Positions 9,825-19,441 of a stretch of DNA of 32,000 nt are shown here, piece by piece. The notes beneath the pieces were generated by a model. That model was not told the DNA's origin, made no database searches, and saw nothing but the letters and a program-made list of their open reading frames with translations. Position 1 is the first letter of the stretch, and each line of letters begins with the position of its first letter. The stretch covers positions 2,070,001-2,102,000 of the forward strand of contig NC_000917.1 in NCBI RefSeq assembly GCF_000008665.1, written 5' to 3'. Source of the stretch: Archaeoglobus fulgidus DSM 4304. GTDB taxonomy: Archaea; Halobacteriota; Archaeoglobi; Archaeoglobales; Archaeoglobaceae. Made by a program: the position numbers and the translations under genes.

Positions 9825-10237
9825 CAGATGTTTCTCACCGGGTGCTTAGCTCCACAAGCAAGGCAGCGGAGCATCAGCACTCTCTCCTCTTTGATGAATT
9901 CCGTATCGGGAGAGTTGCACTCTCTGCATAGGACGTAAAGCCTCACGTAATCGTCAACCTCTTTCTGCAGCTCGCTCTCCGTAAACTTGCCCTGAAGAAC
10001 CAGCCTTCCGTTGTCGATGAAGCCGGCAGTACCGAGCGACTTGACGATGTACTTGTACAGGTGATCCTCACTTCTGTTCAGGGTTTTTGCAATCTGTGAG
10101 AAGTTCTTCAAAATCGTTCTCGCCCCCTCTCTCTGAATGCTAACTCTCGGTATCTCGAACCTCTCCCTTCTCACCACATCCTTATCTGCAAGCTTCTCGA
10201 AGGCTCTTTCAAGGAGTTCCTCGTAGCTTCTCATCAC
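9824..10237 (-). CDS. translation initiation factor aIF2 subunit beta
   Basis: RTILKNFSQIAKTLNRSEDHLYKYIVKSLGTAGFIDNGRLVLQGKF and zinc ribbon LCRECNSPDTEF...LRCLACGAKHPV. Confidence 0.95.
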   Translation of the reverse strand: MMRSYEELLERAFEKLADKDVVRRERFEIPRVSIQREGARTILKNFSQIAKTLNRSEDHLYKYIVKSLGTAGFIDNGRLVLQGKFTESELQKEVDDYVRLYVLCRECNSPDTEFIKEERVLMLRCLACGAKHPVRNI

Positions 10238-10309
10238 CGATACTCTGCCGCTTTGGATAAATACTTACCGCTCCGAAAACCCTTTTTTACTGCATGACCA
10301 CTATGAGGC

Positions 10310-11119
10310 ATGCTCTACCTTGGCGTCATAGGTTACCCCATCAAGCACTCAGTCTCTCCCGCAATGCACAATGCAGCTTTACAGCATGAGGGGATAGAGG
10401 GGATTTATCTGGCTTTTGAGGTTAAGCCAGACAGGCTGAGGGATGCAGTTTTCGGTGCTAAAGCCTTGGGATTCAGGGGGCTTAACGTCACGATCCCCTT
10501 CAAGGAGAGCGTCGTGGAGTTCGTTGAGCTTGAAGGTGAGGCGGCTAAGATAAAGACAGTGAACACCATCGACCTTGTTGAGATGGTGGGATACAACACG
10601 GATGTTTATGGTGTCAAGGCAGCCCTTTCGGGAACCGAGCTTGGTGGGAAGACTGCGCTGGTTGTTGGTGCAGGCGGGGCGGGGAAGGCTGCTGCATTGG
10701 CTTTGCTGGATATGGGCTCAACTGTTATCGTTGCAAACAGAACCGAGGAGAAGGGGAGAGAAGCGGTTGAAATGCTGAGAAGATATGGGGAGTGCATTTT
10801 CTGGCCTTTGAGCAGAGTAGAGGAGCTGAAAGGGAAGGTGGATGTTGTTGTTAACGCCACACCTCTCGGAATGCGGGGATTTAAGGCAGAAATTCCGGTT
10901 CCGCCTTCAATGCTCGATGGAGTTGAGCTGGTCTTTGACACCGTTTACAATCCTATGGAAACCCCGCTGATTCGTGAGGCGAAGAAGAGGGGCTGCAAGG
11001 TCGTTTACGGCATAGAAATGCTCGTCCATCAGGGGGCAAAGGCCTTCGAAATCTGGACGGGCATTGAGCCTGACGTTGGGGTGATGAGGGAGGCTGCTTT
11101 GAGGGCTTTGAGGTTTTGA
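10310..11119 (+). CDS. aroE: shikimate 5-dehydrogenase
   Basis: GVIGYPIKHSVSPAMHNAALQ, GLNVTIPFKE, VVGAGGAGKAAALAL. Confidence 0.95.
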   Translation: MLYLGVIGYPIKHSVSPAMHNAALQHEGIEGIYLAFEVKPDRLRDAVFGAKALGFRGLNVTIPFKESVVEFVELEGEAAKIKTVNTIDLVEMVGYNTDVYGVKAALSGTELGGKTALVVGAGGAGKAAALALLDMGSTVIVANRTEEKGREAVEMLRRYGECIFWPLSRVEELKGKVDVVVNATPLGMRGFKAEIPVPPSMLDGVELVFDTVYNPMETPLIREAKKRGCKVVYGIEMLVHQGAKAFEIWTGIEPDVGVMREAALRALRF

Positions 11120-11235
11120 GATTTTTGGTTTGTTGTACATTCTGTGACATCATGGAATAATTCCCTCATCTAAAGGCACACCCCCAGCCCCCAAAACTAG
11201 AAAAACCATTTATTACCCACCCTTAACCACCCTTC

Positions 11236-11517
11236 ATGGTATCCATCGAGGATGTTTACCACACTGCCGAGCTCGCAAAAATTGAGATAACTGAGGAGCA
11301 GGCGGAGAAGTTCAGGAAGGAGTTTGAGACGATTCTCGATTACTTCAACATCCTCGACGAGGTCGAGGAGGATGTTGAGCCCACCTTTCACGTTCTTCCC
11401 CTGACCAACGTCTTCAGAGAAGATGAGCCGGGAGAGTGTCTGAAGCAGGAGGAGGCTTTGAGCAACGCGAAGCATAAGGAGGAGGGCTACTTCAAGGGGC
11501 CGAGGGTGGTGGAGTGA
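11236..11517 (+). CDS. gatC: Asp/Glu-tRNA amidotransferase subunit C
   Basis: VEHTAxLAKI-like VYHTAELAKIEITEEQAEKFRKEFETILDYFNILDEV and terminal EGYFKGPRVVE. Confidence 0.93.
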   Translation: MVSIEDVYHTAELAKIEITEEQAEKFRKEFETILDYFNILDEVEEDVEPTFHVLPLTNVFREDEPGECLKQEEALSNAKHKEEGYFKGPRVVE

Positions 11518-12887
11518 GGATTGCAGAATGGAAGGAGAAGGTTGAGAGTCAGGGATGCTACGATGCCGTCTCTGAGATGCTCGAAAGAATTGAGAAGAGC
11601 AGGCTGAACGCCTACATCACTGTCTGCAAGGATGAAGCGCTGAAAATGGCCGAGAAGTATGACAGGGGGGAGCTTAAGGGTAGGCTTGCGGGGATTCCTG
11701 TTGCTGTTAAGGACAACATCTCAACAAAGGGCATTCTCACAACCTGCGCCTCCAAGATGCTCAGCAACTACAGGCCTGTTTTTGATGCCCATGTTGTCGA
11801 GAAGTTGAAGCAGGAAGGGGCCATAATCATCGGCAAGGCCAACATGGACGAGTTTGCCATGGGCACCACAACGGAAACCAGCTACTTTGGAGTTGTGAGA
11901 AATCCCCACGATGAAGCGAGAGTTGCAGGAGGGAGCAGCGGTGGGAGTGGTGCGGTAATCGCTGCAGATGAGGCTGTTCTTTCGCTGGGAAGCGACACTG
12001 GGGGGAGCATAAGGTGTCCAGCAAGCTTCTGCGGAGTTTACGGGCTGAAGCCAACCTACGGCCTCGTTTCGAGGTATGGCTTAATTCCCTACGCCAACTC
12101 CCTTGAGCAGATAGGGCCGATGGCAGACAGCATCGAGGATCTGGCTCTGCTGCTTGAGGTGATAGCGGGCAAAGATACGAGGGACTCAACCAACGCAGGA
12201 AGGGAGTTCAGGTTTGAGCCAGAGGACAGGAAGCTGAGGGTTGGCATAATTGCGGAGATGGGAGGAAATGATGACGTCATGAAACGCTTCAACGAAGCTG
12301 TTGAGGTTATCAGGGAGAAGCATGAGGTTGGAGAGGTGAGCATGCCCTCCTTCAAGTATGCCCTCGCTGCGTACTACATCATCGCCATGAGCGAGGCTTC
12401 ATCCAACCTCGCAAGGTATGATGGAGTGAGATACGGCTTCGCCCTTGAAAAGCTGGACTCTTGGCGGAGGTACTTCTCGAAGGTTAGGGCAGAGGGCTTT
12501 GGTGATGAAGTGAAGAGGAGAATAATGCTCGGCAGCTACGCTCTGTCAGCAGGCTACTACGGAAAATACTACCTCAAGGCGCAGAAGGTGAGAACGCTCG
12601 TCATAAGGGATTTCAAGAAGGCCTTTGAGGAGTATGATGTTCTGATTTCGCCAACAATGCCAGCACTGCCCTTCAAGATCGGGGAGCTGGCCGACCCGCT
12701 GACAATGTATAAAGCTGATGTGAACACCGTCCCCGTGAACCTTGCGGGATTGCCTGCCTTGAGCGTTCCCGTCGGGATGGTTAAAGGCCTGCCGGTTGGC
12801 CTGCAGGTCATAGGGAACTACTTCAGCGAGAACACCCTGCTGAACTTCGGTAAGTGGGTGGGGGAGAGGTTTGGCGAGGGAGATTAG
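11514..12887 (+). CDS. gatA: Asp/Glu-tRNA amidotransferase subunit A
   Basis: GIPVAVKDNISTKGILTTCASKML, AGGSSGGSGAVIAADE, LGSDTGGSIRCPASFCG. Confidence 0.96.
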   Translation: MRIAEWKEKVESQGCYDAVSEMLERIEKSRLNAYITVCKDEALKMAEKYDRGELKGRLAGIPVAVKDNISTKGILTTCASKMLSNYRPVFDAHVVEKLKQEGAIIIGKANMDEFAMGTTTETSYFGVVRNPHDEARVAGGSSGGSGAVIAADEAVLSLGSDTGGSIRCPASFCGVYGLKPTYGLVSRYGLIPYANSLEQIGPMADSIEDLALLLEVIAGKDTRDSTNAGREFRFEPEDRKLRVGIIAEMGGNDDVMKRFNEAVEVIREKHEVGEVSMPSFKYALAAYYIIAMSEASSNLARYDGVRYGFALEKLDSWRRYFSKVRAEGFGDEVKRRIMLGSYALSAGYYGKYYLKAQKVRTLVIRDFKKAFEEYDVLISPTMPALPFKIGELADPLTMYKADVNTVPVNLAGLPALSVPVGMVKGLPVGLQVIGNYFSENTLLNFGKWVGERFGEGD

Positions 12888-12908
12888 GGGCTGAAAACAT
12901 CAAAACAG

Positions 12909-13298
12909 CTAAAGGAAGCCGAATTCTGCCAAGTAGAAGTGCAGGTTCGTCAGAAACTCGTTTAAGGAGTGATAGGGGACGATTATGCAGCCTGAGTGAA
13001 AGCGCAGTGAATCGTCAATTAAGCTAACAACAACAGGAATGGCTCTTTTTCCTGTTAAGGCAGAAAACCTCTCGCAGCGCCTTCTGTGCTTCTCTGCCTC
13101 TCTTCGCAGCTGGGAAGCTCTGTACCTTGAGGCTGAGTATAGCTTGGCATCGAAGCACAGCACAATTCCGTAGCGCTCGGCCACAACGTCAATCTCTGCC
13201 CTCCCCTCCTCATCTTTGAAAACGAACCTGAACTTCGTTGAGAAGTCGTGTGCCTCGCAAATCCTCCTTACTTCCCCCTCAAACTCCTGCCATCTCAT
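12909..13298 (-). CDS. PD-(D/E)XK-like nuclease-fold protein, unknown role
   Basis: 129 aa: FEGEVRRIC...EEGRAEIDVVAERYGIVLCFDAKLY, an E...ID...xAK arrangement. Confidence 0.6.
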   Translation of the reverse strand: MRWQEFEGEVRRICEAHDFSTKFRFVFKDEEGRAEIDVVAERYGIVLCFDAKLYSASRYRASQLRREAEKHRRRCERFSALTGKRAIPVVVSLIDDSLRFHSGCIIVPYHSLNEFLTNLHFYLAEFGFL

Positions 13299-13573
13299 CT
13301 GATTGCGTTTCTACCCGCCTCGCTCAGCTTCTCCTTCTCCACAAAAACGATGGCGTACTTCATCATCTCGTCAATCTCGTCCTCGTCCGCATCAAAGATG
13401 TCTGCTGGAAAGGCAAATTCAGCAAAGCAGTACTCCTTCTCCCCAACCATTGACTCGGAGAGCTTCTTGCAGAAGTCCGTCACATCGCTTGAGACGACGA
13501 CAACAACATCATCCTCCAGATGCCCCTCAAGAAACTTCAGAAAGCTCTCCTTGCTGAAGACGTAGGCTGGCAT
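13295..13573 (-). CDS. hypothetical acidic 92-aa protein coupled to the PD-(D/E)XK-like gene
   Basis: Stop/start overlap with 12909..13298; no family recognised. Confidence 0.55.
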   Translation of the reverse strand: MPAYVFSKESFLKFLEGHLEDDVVVVVSSDVTDFCKKLSESMVGEKEYCFAEFAFPADIFDADEDEIDEMMKYAIVFVEKEKLSEAGRNAIR

Positions 13574-13811
13574 AAAAGGAGTTGGCTGAGAGGTTGATAA
13601 TTTTTATTGTTTTGGTTGAGGGAGTTTTAAAGCCCTGTCAAATTGGTTTCAAAACCATCTTTAAATACTGAAAAATATGGCACCAGTTTAAGGCAGAAGG
13701 GGCTGATGAGCAGTGGAGTTCTACAAGGTTGGATTCTGTTCAATATATGCATGCTGCTATCCGACTTTCCTATGCCCCAAACCTTTTTGAAAATCAAGCA
13801 AAACAAAGCTT

Positions 13812-14258
13812 GTGAACCTTTACTTCTTCACCTTCACCGGCAACAGCAGAAAAATTGCGGAAATGGTTGCAGATGAGCTCGCTGTTGAGTTAAGAGAAAT
13901 CAAGAGCCTCAGGCTTCCCTACATTGCATGGCTTCTGCTCTCCTTCGTCCCCTGCATGGCAGTTAAAATTGACGTCCAGCCTCCGACAGGTAAAGAAATA
14001 ATCCTTTGCTTCCCGAAATGGACTTTCAACTGCCCACCTGTAACAGCCTTCCTGAAAAAGTTCGCTAAAGGCAGGGAAATCCGAATGATAATCTGCTACG
14101 GTGGCTTTGACGAGAGAAGATATGCCGAATTTTACAAAAGCTTCGCTCTGAAGTGCGGAGCCAAAAAAGCTGATTACTTGCTCGTTAAGAGGAGGGAGCT
14201 AAGAGAGAACCCGGAAAAGGTTCGGGATAACATCAAAAAATGGCTGAAGATCAGCTAA
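13812..14258 (+). CDS. flavodoxin-like protein
   Basis: LYFFTFTGNSRKIAEMVADEL phosphate-binding-loop pattern. Confidence 0.7.
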   Translation: MNLYFFTFTGNSRKIAEMVADELAVELREIKSLRLPYIAWLLLSFVPCMAVKIDVQPPTGKEIILCFPKWTFNCPPVTAFLKKFAKGREIRMIICYGGFDERRYAEFYKSFALKCGAKKADYLLVKRRELRENPEKVRDNIKKWLKIS

Positions 14259-15369
14259 CGGCCGTCTCGACGCACTTCCTTAAGTCGCCAAAGGCTACAT
14301 CAACATCCCTTTTGTTCGGGAGGTAGTACAGCGCCTTTCCAGAGTTCACCATAATGCACCTGAACTTTGAGGTTGCCGGTGACACCACCATGCAGGTGTC
14401 CGAGAAAACTTTTACGCCAAGTTCCTCAAGCTTCTGGACGATTTTTTCAGCTTTTCTCGCAACATCTCTTGCTGTAAACACCCAGAACTCTTTTTTGGCT
14501 TTTCTGCCCCCCATCAGCTTTAAGATCGTTTCAAGCTCCCTGACAGAGGCGTGAGGACATCCAATTGTGATTAAATCTGGCTCACACGCCCTTTCAAGCC
14601 TATCGTCAACCTCGATTTTTTCAGCCGGCTTCTCAAAATCCTTCCACTCGGGAGTGTAATTTTCAGCATGAAACATCACGGTATTTCCGGTTGCGGCAAG
14701 CGCCGCACCGAGAAGCTTTAACTCCTCCTCAGTCACGCTCCTGTCAAAGACGAAGTAGGGTATTTGGTCTCTCAACTCCCTTCCAGCCTTGTAACCCGCT
14801 GCTGCAAGGTCACCCTTTAGCCTGACGAAGATTGTCGGTGCCCTGTTCTCCTTTATGTGCACACCGTAGTAGGGAATTTTGCCGATTATGGCAGCAGCTA
14901 TTGCTGATGGCCCGCTCTCCCTCTCAGTTCTCGCCCCTATTATGGAGTTTGCGTAGACTATTGCAGAGCTTTCAGCCCAGGCCAGATGGTCGCCGAACTC
15001 TGGCCTGAGAAGGTAGTAGGGTGTGCACGTCAGAGTCATCCTAACCCCAAGCCTCTCAAAAACTCTCAGAACGCGCATCTGCTTCTCATGGAACTCCTCA
15101 TCTATACCCATCTCCCTCCATCTCTCCACATCCATGCCCGCAGGATTGAGCGTTGCGGGAACTTTCAGCTTGGCATCAAGACTTTCAAGCCACTCCAGTC
15201 CAGCTTCACCGATGTTGTCGTAGCTAACCCCGGAAATGTGCGCCGATTTCACCTCCACAAGCCTTTCGGCCTCATTTGCCTCTCCTTCTGCAACAAGAAT
15301 TTCCATGCACTTTCTTATTGTATCGTTGTCACTCTCAAGCAGCCTCTCCTCATCCTTTGTCAGATACAT
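14251..15369 (-). CDS. aconitase X-type catalytic protein (candidate phosphomevalonate dehydratase large subunit)
   Basis: MYLTKDEERLLE..., TLTCTPYYLLRPEFGDHLAWAESSAIVYANSIIGARTERESG; start chosen at internal Met matching family N-terminus. Confidence 0.85.
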   Translation of the reverse strand: MYLTKDEERLLESDNDTIRKCMEILVAEGEANEAERLVEVKSAHISGVSYDNIGEAGLEWLESLDAKLKVPATLNPAGMDVERWREMGIDEEFHEKQMRVLRVFERLGVRMTLTCTPYYLLRPEFGDHLAWAESSAIVYANSIIGARTERESGPSAIAAAIIGKIPYYGVHIKENRAPTIFVRLKGDLAAAGYKAGRELRDQIPYFVFDRSVTEEELKLLGAALAATGNTVMFHAENYTPEWKDFEKPAEKIEVDDRLERACEPDLITIGCPHASVRELETILKLMGGRKAKKEFWVFTARDVARKAEKIVQKLEELGVKVFSDTCMVVSPATSKFRCIMVNSGKALYYLPNKRDVDVAFGDLRKCVETAVS

Positions 15370-16169
15370 GCTTCCACCTCCTTTTTGAGCCACTCAGGCA
15401 AAGCAAATGCAGCTCTGTGGACATCAGGGTTGTAGTGAACGGTTTTCCCCTTTATTCTTTCAAATCTTTCCTCAAGATTGCTGAAGTCGTATTCTCCACC
15501 AATTATAAAGCTCCAGAGGGCAAGAGGGTAGGTCGGAACGCATGACAGGTAAACATCCCTCCTTTCAAAGGGGGCGGAGTTGACAAGCAGCGTTCTGAAG
15601 TACTCCTTCTGAATTAGAGGAGACTGAGACTGAAGGCTTATCACATCGCATTTTTGCCTCGCAAGCTCGAAGAACTCTCTGTCGAAGAGCGTGTCGCTAA
15701 CACCTACTGGATCAGTGCTGTCCACTATGATCACATCAAAAATCTCGCAGTCTCTCAGAAACTCCTTTCCATCCATAATCGCTATCTCAACCCTCTCGTC
15801 CTCGAATGCACCGTGGTCAATCTTCAAAAACTTTCTTGATAGGTCGATAACGTTCCTGTCTATGTCAACCAGCACCGCCCTCTCAACATTGTGCTTCAGA
15901 ACCTCTCTCAGCGCTCCACCGTCACCACCACCTATGACCGCAACCTTTCTCGGATTTTCGTGGGAAAGCATCGGAACGTGAACGAGCATTTCGTGGTAGA
16001 AGGGTTCATCAAGTTCTGTGAGCTGAATTTTTCCATCGATGACGAGCATTTTTCCCATCGATTCGGTCTCATAAATCTCGACTTTCTGAACCCCTTCTGC
16101 CTCGTAAAGCTTCTTTTTCACTTTGATTGCCAGGCCGCATCCGTCGTAGTACTCGAAGAACCAAACCAT
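15360..16169 (-). CDS. speE: spermidine synthase / polyamine aminopropyltransferase
   Basis: GKMLVIDGKIQLTELDEPFYHEMLVHVP, VIGGGDGGALREVLKH, DVIIVDSTDPVG. Confidence 0.92.
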   Translation of the reverse strand: MVWFFEYYDGCGLAIKVKKKLYEAEGVQKVEIYETESMGKMLVIDGKIQLTELDEPFYHEMLVHVPMLSHENPRKVAVIGGGDGGALREVLKHNVERAVLVDIDRNVIDLSRKFLKIDHGAFEDERVEIAIMDGKEFLRDCEIFDVIIVDSTDPVGVSDTLFDREFFELARQKCDVISLQSQSPLIQKEYFRTLLVNSAPFERRDVYLSCVPTYPLALWSFIIGGEYDFSNLEERFERIKGKTVHYNPDVHRAAFALPEWLKKEVEACI

Positions 16170-16202
16170 AAGCTAATAAAGGATTGACGGGATTATAAAC
16201 CT

Positions 16203-16715
16203 ATGGCTCTGGTCGTGGTGGACGTGCAGGAGAAGCTTGCCCCACACATTGAAGGAATTGAAGAGATGCTGAAAAGGACGGTAAAGCTCGTTAAAGCTAT
16301 AGTCGCCTTAAAACAGCCGGTTATCTTCACAGAGCAGATAAAGCTCGGCAAAACGGTTGATGAGCTTGCTGAATACGCTGAAGAGCCAATAGTAAAGTCT
16401 ACCTTCAGCTGCTACAAAGACGAGAACTTCAGAAGAAAAATAGAAGAGCTTAAGCCTGAGAAAGTAATTCTGGCAGGAATAGAGGCGCACATCTGCGTTC
16501 TGCAGACAGCAATCGACATGAAGAGGGCTGGGTACGATGTTTACGTCGTCGCTGACTGCACAGGCTCGAGGAAAGCTGAGGACAAGGAAATTGCGTTAAT
16601 GAGGCTCGCTGGTGAGGGAATAAAGCTTACCACGTGGGAGAGCATAGTTTACGAGCTTCTCGAGTCTGCAGAACATCCTGCGTTCAGGGAAATTCTACAG
16701 ATAGTGAAAAATTGA
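16203..16715 (+). CDS. isochorismatase/nicotinamidase-like hydrolase
   Basis: MALVVVDVQEKLAP, KSTFSCY, VILAGIEAHICVLQTAIDM. Confidence 0.88.
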   Translation: MALVVVDVQEKLAPHIEGIEEMLKRTVKLVKAIVALKQPVIFTEQIKLGKTVDELAEYAEEPIVKSTFSCYKDENFRRKIEELKPEKVILAGIEAHICVLQTAIDMKRAGYDVYVVADCTGSRKAEDKEIALMRLAGEGIKLTTWESIVYELLESAEHPAFREILQIVKN

Positions 16716-17459
16716 TTACAGCTTCTCAATAAAATTTTTTAGGGCTCTGTTAAACTCATCGGGCTTTTCAAGCATAACCATGTGGCCCGCTTCCGGGATA
16801 ACAACCATTTCCGCTGACGGAATGTGCTTTTTGAAGAACTCGGAGTACTTCACGGGTGTTAAAGCGTCTTTCTCCCCAACGATGAGAAGCGTTGGGATAT
16901 CCACCTTTACTTTTCCGCTCCTGTAGTCTTCGAGAAGGTCGAATCTGTCGCAGAGGGAGAGGTCGAGATGGAGAACCCCCGCCCTCTCCGCAAAAACTTT
17001 AGAGAACTCCTTTGCAAGCTCTTGGTTCGAGAAAGCATACTTTGAAACCAATTCTGCAGCCTCTGCGGGCTTCTCCTTAAGCATAGTTAGAATTTCGGGC
17101 ATAACTCTTAGCCTTGCCCCTGTTCCAACGAGCACCAGAGCCTTCACAACCTTCGGATACTCAAGATAGATTTTCTGTGCAACCGCTCCTCCGAGGCTGT
17201 GACCGACTATAACAGCCTTGCCCATGAGCTTTTTCACGGTCTTTGCAACGAAGTAGGCGTAATCACCAATGTCCCTTATCTCCGCCGCGCAGCTACGGCC
17301 GTGGTTAGGCAGGTCAATGGCGTAGCCTCCAACATCCTCAAGCTGCCTTTCCCAGAGAGTTGCATCGCATCCCGAGCCATGGATGTACATCACGTCTTTC
17401 TCCTTCCCTTTAAGCACGGAAATCTTCAGGGCGTCGATTTCGAGAGTTATTCTTTCCAT
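16716..17459 (-). CDS. alpha/beta hydrolase fold protein
   Basis: VMYIHGSGCDATLW, VIVGHSLGGAVAQ (GHSLG nucleophile), PEAGHMVMLEKPDEF. Confidence 0.9.
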   Translation of the reverse strand: MERITLEIDALKISVLKGKEKDVMYIHGSGCDATLWERQLEDVGGYAIDLPNHGRSCAAEIRDIGDYAYFVAKTVKKLMGKAVIVGHSLGGAVAQKIYLEYPKVVKALVLVGTGARLRVMPEILTMLKEKPAEAAELVSKYAFSNQELAKEFSKVFAERAGVLHLDLSLCDRFDLLEDYRSGKVKVDIPTLLIVGEKDALTPVKYSEFFKKHIPSAEMVVIPEAGHMVMLEKPDEFNRALKNFIEKL

Positions 17460-17509
17460 GTTAAAGATTAATTTTTACGGATTATATAAGATTTTGGAGA
17501 ATCAACGAT

Positions 17510-17930
17510 CAAAACACAACTTGGCATCCCAATTATTTTCCCTTCAATCTGGAGGATGCTTCCACCAGAAAGCATTGCAGAGTTCATCCCACTCCAAACT
17601 TCTATGAGGCTTAATCTCATTATGCCATCCAACAACTGCTTCAACTGAGCCAAACTTTCCAGTCCCTCTCTCAACCTTTACTCTCGCAAGAATGTGCTTA
17701 ACCTTCTCTCTGCTTTTCGCAGCAACGAATTGGGTTCGTGTTCGGTAAGAATCTCTTCAGGAATGCCATACTCAGCAATCTCTCTCAAAACCTTGATCCG
17801 TTCTCAGTCGTTGCCTCATCAAAAACACTAACAGTGATCAGCCTTGAAGCGTCGTCCATGAAGGCCATAAAGACTATTCTGAGTATGTCCTTGTTCATTA
17901 GCTTCCTCACGTGGCAAAGTTCGAGTGTAA
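17510..17930 (-). mobile_element. degraded DDE integrase-core transposase remnant (IS481-like)
   Basis: Reverse-strand reading across frames gives FMAFMDDASRLIT...VFDEATTEN / LREIAEYGIPEEILTEHGTQFVAAKSREKVKHIL / RVKVERGTGKFGSVEAVVGWHNEIKPHRSLEWDELCNAFWWKHPPD, with frame breaks and no intact ORF. Limits approximate. Confidence 0.75.
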
Positions 17931-18003
17931 AGTTATTTCGGGATACTACAGATAAGCACAGTAACCGTAAAATTCATAAGACATCCCTCAAACAGACAAA
18001 CAG

Positions 18004-18076
18004 GGGCTCGTGGTCTAGGGGTCATGACGTCGCCTTGACGAGGCGAAGGTCGCCCGTTCGAATCGGGCCGAGCCCA
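18004..18076 (+). tRNA. tRNA-Val (GAC)
   Basis: Manual cloverleaf: acceptor GGGCTCG/CGAGCCC, D stem GTC/GAC, anticodon stem TCGCC/GGCGA with loop TTGACGA (anticodon GAC), T stem GCCCG/CGGGC with TTCGAAT loop, discriminator A; no encoded CCA. Confidence 0.95.
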
Positions 18077-18263
18077 CTAAATTCTTAAATTTTTAATTTT
18101 GCTGCCTGTTCAGCTCTAAAAAAGCTCAATAATTTGTTTAAGGCTTCTGAAAAGTCATTTTTGGGTTTTTCTTCGAATAAGATGATTCAGATTTTGTTCC
18201 AGATCGTTCCAAGTGGAACATAGCGGAGGAAAGTTTCGTGATGAGCAAAGACTCACTCAGAGA

Positions 18264-19175
18264 TCAGCCTCCAAAGATATCTCTAATCACATCCTCCCAG
18301 AATTCAGGATCTTCAGCGGCGATTCTATCGTTTTCCTCCCACTCCCTGAGCATGAATTCTTTCATGAACTCGTCTATCGTTTTTACCTCTATCCCTTGCT
18401 CTCTGGCCCACTTCATGGCATCCTCCGATAGATCATCTTCGTAATCCATAATTATGCGTAAGTTTTTCCTTATCCTCTTCGTTACACTCTCCAGCTCTTC
18501 CTTGGAGATGCTGTCTGAATCATCCTCGTAATCTGGCTTTACCAGCAGAAACTTCTCCTTCTTCCCATTCTTGGTGGCGTCAACTACTGAGAACTTCCCC
18601 TTTCTGGCTGACTTCACAACCTTATAATCCATCCTCTCCAGATACTTCGAAAAGACCTCCTCAAACTCTTCTATGGAGCTGAAATCGTAGCTTTCGCTGG
18701 AGACGTAAAAGTAAAGCTTCTTTTTGAAGTACACGCTTTCTACGATAGACCTTCCAAAGTCAGTAAACCATCCATTCTCTACCCACTCGCTAAGAAAATC
18801 CTCTCTAATCCTGTACCTATCGTAGTATTCAATCTCTCCCCCATCAGCACGCTCTATTATCATCATCTCGTTAAATTCGAACCCGCTGAGCATTATTGAG
18901 TTGAAATCTTTATGGCTGTCAACACAAATTTTTGGGGTTGTACTCTCTTTTCCAAATGTAAAAACGTACTTTCTTGCTGGTAGCCTATCAGGGATGAAGT
19001 ATTCAGGTTCCTCATTTTCAAAAAAGTGCTTGGAAACGTGTATCTGACAAAGTTCACCATCTTTGGAGTAGTACGCAGCTGCTGGCAACGTATCGTTCAA
19101 AAACTTGTCAACAAAGTACGGAAAATCCTCTCTTATGAATATTTTCAGTATGGAGTCTTCTTTTTTCAGCCTCAT
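18264..19175 (-). CDS. hypothetical 303-aa protein with possible Mrr-like restriction-endonuclease-fold C-terminus
   Basis: C-terminal FEEVFSKYLERMDYKVVKSARKGKFSVVDATKNGKKEKFLLVKP...DYEDDLSEDAMKWAREQGIEVKTIDEF resembles the end of Mrr_cat-like domains; divergent from the DUF499 operon. Confidence 0.45.
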   Translation of the reverse strand: MRLKKEDSILKIFIREDFPYFVDKFLNDTLPAAAYYSKDGELCQIHVSKHFFENEEPEYFIPDRLPARKYVFTFGKESTTPKICVDSHKDFNSIMLSGFEFNEMMIIERADGGEIEYYDRYRIREDFLSEWVENGWFTDFGRSIVESVYFKKKLYFYVSSESYDFSSIEEFEEVFSKYLERMDYKVVKSARKGKFSVVDATKNGKKEKFLLVKPDYEDDSDSISKEELESVTKRIRKNLRIIMDYEDDLSEDAMKWAREQGIEVKTIDEFMKEFMLREWEENDRIAAEDPEFWEDVIRDIFGG

Positions 19176-19363
19176 AACAGCTATCTGCTTCAGTTATTTA
19201 TATCAGTTTTTAGTGGGCATCACAAGCCTAATTGAGCAAGTTGAATCCAAAGATTGAATCATCGATTTAGTGGTAAATCCGCAGGAAGTGGCTGAAAATT
19301 CATCAAATTCAACTGAAATCAACGAGATTCAGAATGATTCTACGTTGATTCAACCCCAACATC

Positions 19364-19441
19364 AACTCAAATCAGCTTTGAATCAGCAATGAATCAACAT
19401 CAATCAGCAATCAACGCTGCATCAAGAATTTGATTTGAGTT
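19364..19441. repeat. inverted and direct repeat cluster upstream of the DUF499 operon
   Basis: AACTCAAATCA (19364-19374) / TGATTTGAGTT (19431-19441) perfect 11-bp inverted repeat, enclosing two direct copies of AATCAGCAAT (19381-19390 and 19402-19411). Confidence 0.6.

Noticed and set aside
13634-13680. GTTTCAAAACCATCTTTAAATA-like string resembling a CRISPR-repeat start
   Set aside because: Single copy only. More likely an AT-rich promoter region upstream of the flavodoxin-like gene.
17738-18088. 116-aa plus-strand ORF running into the tRNA
   Set aside because: Overlaps the tRNA-Val and the reverse-strand transposase remnant; not a plausible gene.
18208-18225. GTTCCA-AG-TGGAAC palindrome downstream of the tRNA
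   Set aside because: Six-bp arms only, isolated, and with no associated feature I can support.
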